In this document: piece after piece, positions 1 to 10,417 of the stretch
How positions within the stretch are numbered: position 1 is the first letter of the stretch
Layout: every line of letters begins with the position of its first letter
DNA from: Chlorokybus atmophyticus
Lineage: Eukaryota; Plantae; Mesostigma and Chlorokybus algae
Length of the DNA: 64,000 bases
Reading direction: 5' to 3'
Assembly: GCA_009103225.1 (NCBI GenBank)
Contig: RHPI01002630.1
Span: forward strand, 19,285-83,284
Program-made: the position numbers and the translations under genes
Notes under the pieces: generated by a model
The model's database searches: none
Seen by the model: the letters and a program-made list of their open reading frames with translations, nothing else
What the model was told of the DNA's origin: nothing

Positions 1-278
1 GCGAGCAAGCGTCGGGCGTCTTCAACTTGCTGGATTTCAGCATCTGCAGGGGCTGTCCTTTTCCTGCCAACTCTGAAGCGAACATAACAATCTTGGTATT
101 TGTCTCTGTAGCGAGAAACAATCGACATGGCCTGAATCATGTCTTTGGTGTACTGCGTGTTCAACTGAAACATCAACTGCAGCTTGCGGTCGCGGCGGCC
201 AAACCACAGATTGATCAGCGAAAGAACTGTTCCGAGCGCACCTAATACAGCGCCGAGAATGCTGATTGAGTCCGCCAT
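1..278 (-). CDS. Partial ORF running off the window start; N-terminal hydrophobic helix, unknown function
   Basis: Manual translation from ATG at 278: MADSISILGAVLGALGTVLSLINLWFGRRDRKLQLMFQLNTQYTKDMIQAMSIVSRYRDKYQDCYVRFRVGRKRTAPADAEIQQVEDARRLL, no stop to the edge. Not in the ORF track because it is open-ended. Confidence 0.35.
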   Translation of the reverse strand, partial: MADSISILGAVLGALGTVLSLINLWFGRRDRKLQLMFQLNTQYTKDMIQAMSIVSRYRDKYQDCYVRFRVGRKRTAPADAEIQQVEDARRLL

Positions 279-1622
279 GCCGGATGGTGCAAATTGACAC
301 TGCAGCTCGCCCAGCGCTGCCCTGTACGGAGTTGGAATGGCTTAATGGCATGATGCGTCCATGCAAGCGAGTAGACTGTTCGTGTACACTCTGTGACATG
401 ATACACGCACAATGCAAACACATAACTAGTAAGCACAGCACAGAGTATGATAGTGTGTAAGGGTGCTGTCGACTGTAACAATGTCCAGAAATGGTTGTTG
501 CCAAGCGGAATGGCCACGAAAGGACACCCACGCAGTAGTAACATACCTGCATTTTTGAAAACGCTGCCCCCTTGGACATGATACAGACACAAACTTTAAT
601 GTAGATTCGGTCCTTACCATTTAATCACACATGCAGTCCCGCGCATACATCTTTGCACGTGCTCCCTAACACACACGACTCTTTCTCTCACTGACACTTG
701 CATGCAGTTCAACTACATGATGCATGTTCGCTAGCACACTCACCCCACACGCAGCGTCACCAATATACTTTTACCCCCCACACACACGCACATCCTCACT
801 CTTACGCACTTAGACAGCAAGCTGGACTTGACACAAGCTTTCAAGGAGAAGCTCTAGAGTGGTCAACAGCTGGATGCTTGCAAGAATGAATGCATGCGTG
901 CAAGTGTGGGGTAGAGAGCATGGAAAGCATGAAAGCACGACTGCGGAGCGGCGGAGCGGAGCGGCCAACCTGCGCTGCAGCGGTAGGTCCCAGGTGTAGA
1001 GGCAGCCAGCCGCCAGGCAGCGATGATGACCCCTACGACTGCACGGAAGACGACCAGGCTGCCGCCGCCCCCGGCCAGCATGTCCAGCTAAGACAACCCC
1101 ACTTGCCTTGACTTCTTCCTGCCGAAAAGAGTTTGCTAAGCAAGAGGCATGCACCCTCCCTCTCGTAATAAGACTAGGAGCTAAGAGAATAGAGGGTGAG
1201 TCTACCCTCGAACATAAAAATGTTAGTGTTAGCTCAGCTAGTTTAGCTGAAGCACAAATCATCAATGTCACACATACAGGTCGCGACCGGCGAGGTCCGG
1301 TCGGGACCGACACGGGACTGACATGTTCAGCCTACAATTGGCTGGGCGCGAATAGGTAGAAGCCGTTGGATTGGAGCATTAACTGATTTATGAAGTCCAT
1401 GGGACATGTCCAGCAACACGTGACATTTTCAGAAACAAATGTAAAGTGTTCACTGGAGAAATGCACAATGAGCATACCGGTATGTACAAGCGTGCAACCT
1501 AAATACAAGCAAACACAAGTCAAACAACTCTGTGTCTGTATTGCAAAGGGAGGCCTTCACATTAGGATGGCTACTGTGCTATTTATGAAAAAAACAGTGT
1601 TAAATGTTATAGCTTGTTGAAG

Positions 1623-1816
1623 TACATGTATAGGCGGCGCCTACATGTAGTTGGTACGATCAGCTTAACCTTTATAGTTACGGGAGTTACGAGAGTTAGG
1701 AGAGTTACGGCAGTTATGGTCAACCATGGTCTATTTTTACTTTGACCGTTGGCTTTAACCATTGACTAGTGTTGACTAATGTTGACTTTGACCCGAGTTG
1801 ACTAGAGTTGACTAGT
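1623..1816. repeat. Hairpin plus clustered short repeats, resembling a transposon terminus
   Basis: TAGGCG-G-CGCCTA stem (1631-1643) with TACATGTA palindromes at 1623-1630 and 1642-1649, then repeated GAGTTA(C/G)G and GTTGACTA(G) motifs. Confidence 0.45.
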
Positions 1817-4243
1817 ACTTAGTAGCATAGTATATAAGACACTGTATACTGCTTAATACAGTGGGTCGCACATTGTCTCTATCGTTGGCGTGCTCGCTGC
1901 ACTTGTCCTTAGTGTATGCACACTTGTATGTAGGAGGCAAATACACACACACTAGGCGCATCACTAGTTCTCTACAAACAGTACAGTAGAAAGTATCAAA
2001 AAGCGGACTGTTTTGGCCACCAAGTTGCAAACTATGTGATAATGATGTATAGTCGTGCCATATATGGTTGCAAGCGGAATTTGAAGGCCTACACGAGAAA
2101 ATTAATGTTGAGATTTATGGATATATGGTGTAGCATACCCGGATTTTCAAAGTTGTACGAAAATTGCAGCACAGTAGCCTCAATGGGTAATCATGAAATA
2201 ACTCATGCTATAAGCATGTCATGGCTACCAACCTTGCAATAGCATTAATACATGCTAGCAAACACATGTTGTACTCGCTTGCGCACACATCATCACATTT
2301 GAAATGTTATTTAAGTGATAACACTATTGCACATGGCGCAGCCGCAGGCTGCATTCTTATAAGCATGTTTAAACGCCATGCTCGTGTGCCGATCATGCCA
2401 ACGAGTAACTCTTCATGAATGTCAACGTCATAAAGGATGCCTTCCCAAGAGTGTTTGATTTTTTGAGGTTTACATTTATGGTAGCATGTTATAGCAGTTG
2501 CATTAAAATAGTACTGAAATGCAGTATAGTTACCGGCCAGCCTGTATTAAGCAATTGCTCATAAGCTGAACCAAAGACAGAAAACATTGTTACGCCTTTT
2601 ATACTAGCCTTAAAGCTGGTTTTCATATGCTGGTTTTGAGATTGATAGATACAAGTCCATATTAATTGGATTGACAACATAATCCACTTCGGCAAGATCA
2701 AAGCTTGGTGAGTAGGGGGTGCGTCACCTCTGCAGATTGCGTCATCAAAATCATCTACGTTTGTAATGCATATCGGCGTGAGTAAAGATGTTTCTTGGTG
2801 GGGCTCTAAATTACGATGGTGGCACAAGTTCCGCACTGATATGCACATTACTGTTATTGCCAGTACATACTTGCGGGATTCAGGTTAAGGAGGAGGCGGA
2901 GAAGGATGAAATGGCGTTGATAGTATTGATTGCGTGCATGAGTTAGGCTTGCGAATTCGAATGGACGACAACCGCAAGGTTGAGCGCCGCCTACGAGGTG
3001 AACATGAATGGGCGGTTGGTGGGCTCGATGGGTTATTTATCTTATCAGAGTCGCGGCTGTGCTTAATTAACAAGTTTTATTGCGGTGTCAACTGCAGAGC
3101 GCGCACCGTACGTACTGGCATTCTTGGCATTCTCATCATGCGCGCATGTATGAAGCTGTGCTGAAGGTATTGACTCAATTCGGCAAATCTGTCTTAAAGT
3201 TCGAAGCTTTTCCGCTTCCATCCGTCTGTATATCACGACATCAGAATACATGAACCCAAGTCTAACGCATGCAACACGCGCTCATACAAATACACACGCG
3301 CACTACGCAACACAATTTTGCAACCTCACCCCAACCCCTACCCACCCAACACACAGATTATTCCACACTATGTTACGGCGGGGGGTCCGGCCGTCCAAGC
3401 CATAAAAGACCATGGTGGTAATTATGGCTATTCTATTCTTATGAGGATTTATAGTTATTCAAGCCCCTTCCAGAGGGCTATCGTAACACACTAACACTTA
3501 ACTATGCGCGCATATGGTTGTTGGACGGTTTGTTGACAAGCTTTGGGTTACCGCATACATGTGTACAAATTCATGATCTCAATGTGATTTATCTATTTTG
3601 TACATGCCTGCTAAACATGTCAAAGGTGACGGTGCGGTTATCGCAAAATTAATCGACCTGCTTTGATTTGCTACCCACAAGTGTACGTTTTGCAAAACTT
3701 AAGCTTATTGTTGCTTGCTTGTCGTTCAATGCATGTGCTTATTGACGGCGCGCAACTTATGAATCATAAAGACCTTCCATAATCAACATGTTACGCATTC
3801 AATGTGGACTTAATGTGCTCGCTGCAAGCTGTTAAAGTGGGTCGACTCTCTTTTGTATACAGACAAATCAACTTGTTGTGGCAACACAGGTGTTGCGTAT
3901 CCACCGTTGATAAGCATTGAAAAGTAACATTCGAGCAAAATGTGGTCGCATGTGACACTTATGGTTGCAGCCATAAGTAGTTGCATGTGCAACATGACTG
4001 TCAACTGAACAAGTTGTTGTACATTCTTGATGACGGCATCAGCTCAGGTTTTGTTGACCTCTACACGCTGATGAATCACTGAGTGACCCCGCCCCTTGCT
4101 ATAGGGCTATGCCAAAATAAGTACAACGACTGTTTAAAGCGTGATTGCAACATGCAGTATGCATGCAGCCTATTTAGATGCGAGCATTCTATTGGTCTCG
4201 TTTCTCCAGTCTTGTGGCTAGCTCATTGTGCTATGTCATTCCT

Positions 4244-5370
4244 CTAAAGATGAGCCGTATAGCCGTAACGCGGTTCAACGATGCTGCTTGTTCCGCGAAA
4301 TGTGTGAGCAACGTCGACGCTTTCAAGTGCAAAGAATGTAACAACAATGTTGCAATGTTTGTAACTATATGACTGCCAGCATGCATCAACTTTGATTGGC
4401 ACGTGCTGCAGCAAATGCATCATCTCTATGAATATTGTGATTGGTGGGATCGGCATATCAAGTACTGCATAATGCATGCACAAGACAACCACAACCAACA
4501 TACAGAAACGCCTATGCCAAACAGTTTTAACAGCATACAAGAGAAAGGCAGCTTTGACAAGTGTTCGGTAGAATCCTTCAATGACATCAACATGATGATG
4601 CTCATAATTACTTTAATCGACAAATTTAATTAATATATATCCTACCAAAGAGGCCTTGAACTTGCACAGCAGGTAAGGAGTTTGCTTCAGTAGCCTCCAA
4701 CACATGTTGTACAGACGACAACGATACCAATGGAATCTTATCATGTTTCTTATACTGCAGCTCGAACACCGTGTAGTGCTTGGGTCGTTTTTTCACCCTG
4801 AGGTAATTTTAATTACCAATAGGCCACTTTTTCCACAGTTCGAGCCGGTGGTAGTTGGCTATGTCAATCGGCTCAACCACAAGCCAAAACGTGATGCCTC
4901 TCGCACACAAGATATTGGACCTGCCGATAAAATCAGCAGGCAACATGCCAGCGACATGCCATTTGTATGCTGTACGCAAGAGATCCTATACAACCTTGTC
5001 ATGTCAGGTTGGTGCGGAGATTTCATCAATAAGCATGCTTTTAATTGCACAAAATTTTAAATTGCAATGCATATGCATGTCGTGTCTTGCGTGCACTAAA
5101 TCTTGTTAACCGCTCTGCTTGCGAGCTGTCATCATCGGCACGATATGCTTTGAGTTTGGCATAATTGTCCACAGAGGTCTGCACAAATGCTTGGATCAAG
5201 AGCTTCGCTATTGTGATGTCCTCATTGTGCCACACATTGTCTGTCAACTCTATTTTGTGTTCTTACAACTCGGCGATATCAAACACATACACTCCCGTTG
5301 GCTCCGAATCGCTCCAAGCGTCAAGGCATTATGGCTACACGTGTCGTGTGATAAGACAAGCAGCCATTTG
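4244..5370 (-). pseudogene. Decayed, probably multi-exon gene of unknown family
   Basis: Protein-like segments broken by stops: CLDAWSDSEPTGVYVFDIAEL*EHKIELTDNVWHNEDITIAKLL; DLLRTAYKWHVAGMLPADFIGRSNILCARGITFWLVVEPIDIANYHRLELWKKWP; NYEHHHVDVIEGFYRTLVKAAFLL; HVPIKVDACWQSYSYKH. No family identified. Confidence 0.25.
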
Positions 5371-7628
5371 CATGGCAGATGCAAATTAACCTCCGCAATG
5401 CATAGCTAGCATGGCATACCTATGTAAGAAGAGCTGCACGACGGCCGAAAGACTTCCCAAGCGCTCGACGAGGGTTGTATAATCAACCCCAGAGTTTTTA
5501 TTGCATGAAGATGAAATTAAACCCCGATGTAATCATCGCGCACAGATGTCATATAATGCTATATTGCTTTAACGCATGCTGCAAGCCCTTTCCACGACAG
5601 GTGTGCACAGCTTGGAGCCAATGCATTACCGTAATGCATTGCGTGAGGTGTGAGCTTGCCTGCTAACCTTCAAGGATGACGTAGTTGACTTTCGAAGCTG
5701 TGCAGCAGTCACAACGCTAATGGGAATCGCTACAGGCAAAGCTTGTGCCGGCCCTGACAGCGCTGTGGCGGGCGAAATGTGCGTGGCACAGCGCCAACTG
5801 GCCGCTGAAGACCGTGGTGCAACACTTGCTCGTCGCGGTTGATGTGGTTGTAGAAGTTACGTATTTCGACGGCGACGAGAGCGGTGGCAGCGCTGATCGA
5901 CAGTATCGATCGATGGCGTTGCGTCATCGGCAGTCCGCTGTCAGTCGGCCGTGCATCACCCTTGACAAACTGTAGAAGTGTGTATGTGAGACGTGGTTCG
6001 TCTGTGGATAGACGGCAGTGGTGCGTGGAACAGCGCGGTGCTGTTTGCCGTCATCATAAATGCGACGAAAATCAGCGCTGTTAGGGTTGCAGAATGTTGA
6101 AAGCTGGTGAGGGGCGGAAGGCGCAGGTGTGCGGGGCGGTGGTTGAGGCAACGCGGCGGTGTTGTTCGGGCGTCCGTGCGCGCGTAATGGCAGAGCTAGG
6201 TGATACAAGCGGTGTGCCTTGTCCTGCGTTGTTTGCTCTCGGCGGTGAACTGCCGTCCATCCGATGCAGTCAGTCTTTCTATCAGACTGCATATGAGCAA
6301 GTGTTTTTGTGCACGCTGCTTGTGGATGCGTGCATAATCGTGCACCTTCGGACGTGCCTGTGTGCTGATACGTTGATGCTTAGGTGTCTCTCGGCTGGCC
6401 AGTGCGTGTATGTGGCGCGCCTATGGCAGGCGCTGCTGGTGTTTGGGAGTTGCATGTCGAGTTGCCTGGTGGGTTTGGTTTTAGATTTAGCCATCATCGG
6501 TTGTGCAACGCAGCGGGCTTTCCTCAGCGGCTTGGTAGTGAGCTGTTGATAGTGGAGCATGTGGTAGGCGGTGTCGCATTGGCACGGTGGGTGATTGGCA
6601 CTGAGTGTGATATGGAGCCAGGGCGGAGACGACATTGGGTCGAGCAGTGGCATGACACTGAGTGGCTTCCATTCGAGGTTGGCCAGTGGAGTTTGCATCC
6701 TCTGCAGGGAGGTGACTATGGTGACGATGACAATCCGGGCTTGCCCCATCCTCCACCGCTGGTGCAGGGTGGCGGTTGGCACCCCGTCATGCCGACAGAT
6801 CATGGTAGGTTTTGTCATGAAGTAGCATTGAAGCATGTGGTGTGAGGGAGTCGGTGAATAGCCCAGAGTTCAGTGTGCTCTGAGTCACAATGCGTGCGTG
6901 TGTGCGTGTGGTGCGTTGTGTGTGCATTGCTTGCATGAGTTTCTCATGCAAGCTATGCGATGGCGCACAACTTGTGTGTCGGGTTAGGATTCACTGTTGA
7001 ACATGTGCTCGGTAGCAGGGTTGAGGAACATGGCAGCTACTGGTTGATGCTGGGAACAGGCATTACGACTGGGTGGTGTGCGTGTTGCTCTGTGGGGAGA
7101 GAGCTGATGATGAGGCCGAAGAATCGCAAGTGCGGTGTGGGGTCGACAAATCTGGCTAGTCACAAACATGCAGTGGCGCCCGTATAGGTCGTGCCTGTAG
7201 GTACGCATGTTGAGCTACCCGGTCTTTCCTGCAGGGTTGTTATGCAGCCCTTGTTAAACTGAGTGATTATGCTGGGTTGTGGTCACGGGTTAGTGGCTTG
7301 TTGTAGGGTTGTGCAGGCCCTCCGATGTTCCAGCTTCCAGGTACCGTCTAGGATTGCGTAGGCAATAACAGTACGAGCGCATGTGTGGCAAGTGCCTGAT
7401 TGCACGCATAATGTAATATAACATGTAGGGCAGTTGCAAATGGATGTTGAGTGAGGATGCTGTGTGTTGTGCAAGTTTGAGGTTGAGAAGCAGGATGGTC
7501 ATGGCGCATCCATGTATGTGTGTAGAATATACCCAATGTTGTGCATGTGTGTGTGACTGCAATTGCAGTGCTGTGTTGGTGTTGATGTTGGGCTCCAGCG
7601 CGGTGTTACGCATTGCTGACAATCATGT

Positions 7629-8785
7629 TCATGACCAAGACAGCGGCGAGCTGCATAGCACATACCCAAGTGCTACCAATAGCTGTCTGCCAACATACTC
7701 CGAGTAGGCCGGGGGAATGCACTCAACTAATGTTGTCTCCGCTGATACCCAATCGATGCCTAAAGTCATGCTCCACCCAGGCAATGTACCACGTGAGGCT
7801 GCCTGTCTATAGACGGGGTACATCTGCTGAGTGTCTCCTGCGTCGGTTGCAGCTTGCACCAGTGTGCGGTGTCCGGAAAGTCCTCCAAGACGCTTGGAGG
7901 TGTGATCGCAAACCAAGTCCACGCTCACAACAGGCACCGTCTCAAACACTCGGTGCCTGAAAGTGGCCAGTCCGAACATCGTCCCGCACAACACCATATT
8001 AGGTGTCATGTACTGAGATGCATTAGGGATGTTCTCGATGACAAAAGGTTTGCCGCTAGCATGAAGGCGTGCACGCAAGGCGTGCAGAAGAGTGCTGTGT
8101 TGCCATGAGCTCGAGTGCTGTCAGCGTTGTAACTCAAGTATGCAACGAGCAAAAGCTTGGCACGATGGACTAGCCCAAATTAAATCGTGAGGTTGGATGT
8201 CAATTGTTAAGGCATCGCCGTGGATGAAGCTGAATGGGTAGTCGGGCTGCTCTAGTATATCAACGCCCGTGACGTCAAACCTAGCACGGTACAACCCCAT
8301 GCTGGCGCCGCCTCCACCACAGCATATGTCAAGCACCTTGGGTCTGTGCGGTGCTCCGTTAGGCAGCTGTGCAGTGTGTGTGACCAGCGTAGGGGATGAC
8401 CTGCTCCATAATGTTAGAGTTGGCAACGGTGGGTGGGCCTTGCGGTTGGTAGGCACTCGACAACCTCCGATGCGGAAGCAATGGCGAGTACCATTGCTGC
8501 ACACCATGGCCACTATGTTGTGCTTGTCGATGACCATGTGCTGCTCGTCACCGTCGACGAAGTGCACACTGTGCCGGCCTGACGTGCAATTAGCCTATCA
8601 GCGAAGCAGTTGCCGTCACACATGCAGCCCGGGAGCAACATGCGCACCTAGGCTGCTGTTGTAGGCGTAGATGCGACCCTCATACCACGCTTGGTCAGCT
8701 GGCCAATGCACCAGGACTGCCAAGCCAACAAGCGCTGGCCCGCCGTCGAGACAGCGCTGTCGCACTGCCTGAACTCAACTCGCAG
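7629..8785 (-). pseudogene. Tudor/Agenet-like domain fused to a short phage-type C5 cytosine DNA methyltransferase; one intron, one in-frame TGA
   Basis: Spliced reading: [46 protein letters not shown] (Tudor-like), then [14 protein letters not shown] (motif I), [17 protein letters not shown] (motif IV), PFVIENIP (VI), CGTMFGLATFRHRVFE, LGIDWV...ECIPPAYSEYVGRQLL. ORFs 8121-8567 and 7629-8078 are in the same frame, separated by TGA 8121-8123 and 14 sense codons. Confidence 0.8.
8579..8647 (-). other. 69-nt spliceosomal intron inside the Tudor-like domain
   Basis: GTGCGC...GGCTAATTGCACGTCAG on the minus strand; removal gives AGC CTA G|GC CGG CAC (S-L-G-R-H) and completes the Tudor pattern in frame. 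Confidence 0.75.
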
Positions 8786-8978
8786 AGTGCTGGCGTGGAC
8801 TGCAAATCATATGCGGTCAGCAGTGCAGATGCCCGTGTAGGCGCACATGGCGTCACTCAACGTCTGCGAGCCGGACATCACCGACGCATACAGCATGTAC
8901 ACGTCTTGTATGTCCACTCACCGTCATGGGGGGCACAGTGCTCGATCCCGCGACCACAGTTGTAACAGGGTGTGCAGG

Positions 8979-9519
8979 CTAGCGTCCGCATCTACGAAGC
9001 TGACTCTGCGTATGACAGACTGCAATTAAACAGGACTCGACATGCCAGTGAACTCGACAAGGGTGCTTGCACGCAACATAGTTCTGGTTGGTGGCAACTG
9101 ATGCGAGGTGATACGTATGGCTTACTTGGATGAGATTGACGACAGTGCCTTGGAGGACTGTGCCTGGGCGTATGTACGGCATATATGGCATGGGTGTCCC
9201 GTGCCATTCAAAGGGGGCAAGTTCACATTGCTCGCATGTGCACTGCCGGTTGTAGAACTCTGGGCTGCTGCACTTGAACTTGCGCCGGCAGTCAATGATG
9301 TGCAGACCAGCAGCATGATGATGCCAACAAGCTGCTGTGTAAGCAAACAAGTTGCGGTACTCTAGGCATCGAGCTTGGTGACTAGTAAGGCGAGAGCGGC
9401 GACCATTATTCACGACAAAGGCATGGCAGATTAAACAAACCAGAGGCGCTTTATCCCTGACCATCGGCGTGTTGTTGCGAGCTGCGACATGATCGGGACT
9501 TTGCATATTCAACGACGTA
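8979..9519 (-). pseudogene. Cys/His-rich coding segment upstream of the Tudor-MTase; possibly a 5' exon of the same gene
   Basis: CLICHAFVVNNGRRSRLTSHQARC (zinc-finger-like) and CRRKFKC...CTCEQC; candidate GTAAG donor near 9125. Confidence 0.35.
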
Positions 9520-9793
9520 TTAGCCTCCATTGCATAGATGGTGTCACTGAACTCCACTAATAAACTGATACAATCTGGACTATGAGAGTCTTCACAAGAT
9601 CTGCATACCATCGCGCAGGCGCAAGACCATGTGAAGTCTTGACTTCACACGCGTGTTGTAGACAGCCTGAGTGCCATCATCTTGCAGCTGTTACGGGGTG
9701 ATGAGGTGCTGCTGGTCCCGCTGGTCCCCGGGGAGTGCACTCCTTATGCGGACACAACGCCTTGACATTGTCAATGGTGTCGCTGGACTTGAC
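9520..9793 (-). pseudogene. Degenerate head-to-tail di-ubiquitin remnant
   Basis: VKSSDTIDNVKA..., DQQHLI, QLQDDGTQAVYNTRVKSRLHMVLRLRDG|MQI(fs)VKTL...ISLLVEFSDTIYAMEA matches ubiquitin EVESSDTIDNVKAKI...DQQRLI...[36 protein letters not shown]...ITLEVESSDTI, with frameshifts. Confidence 0.75.
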
Positions 9794-9951
9794 GACACCG
9801 CCAGCAGCGTTGCAATGGCGGTTAGATGATGAACCAACCCTAAAAATGGGCTACTAACCCTAATATCTGACACCATGCCACAGGTAAAGGCATCGACGGC
9901 GGCGGCGGCGGCGGCGGTGGCGGCGGCAGCGGCTGCATTTCAGGTGACTCC

Positions 9952-10375
9952 TGTTGAAGGACTAGCATGCACATGTAGTTAAGGCAAGCATGGACACACA
10001 GAGACAGAGCTACCGCCACCAGAGCATACACAAGTCACATCACATTCATCTATTACAAGTTGTCCGCTGGTTCTTATACCAGCCAGTTACACACACGTCT
10101 ACGTTTGCAAGCACTGCGTAAGCTATACTCAGCTTTTTGACGCGCTCTAAGCTGCGTTGTCTTCCTTACAACTAGAGCTTTTAAACAAGCTCTTACACGC
10201 CTAATATGAGTAAGTATACGCGGAGATACAAAGCAGTTAGTAAGGCTCCAGTCTGGAGTCCGGAGTCTGGTCCGACGACGCCAACTTGCTAAGTCCGGAC
10301 CTAGTGCTCGTCCTTACAACCTTCTACTCCTGTGTGGAGGGTCGATGCTGATCGTATGTAGGAATACTCTCAACA
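9952..10375 (-). repeat. 3' LTR of copia A1
   Basis: Direct repeat of 14441-14862, TG...CA ends. Confidence 0.95.
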
Positions 10376-10417
10376 CTCCCACGCGAGCAGCTTGACCTCC
10401 AACGCTTGCTCCTGTAG

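Noticed and set aside
5730-7620. Several 60-180 aa ORFs as genes
   Set aside because: No recognisable motifs in any frame; composition is typical of non-coding CA/TG-rich sequence.
8121-8123. TGA in the MTase as selenocysteine, programmed readthrough or part of a mini-intron
   Set aside because: Not at a catalytic Cys position, no SECIS recognised, and the only GT-AG candidate around it is about 30 nt; simple nonsense mutation is more parsimonious.
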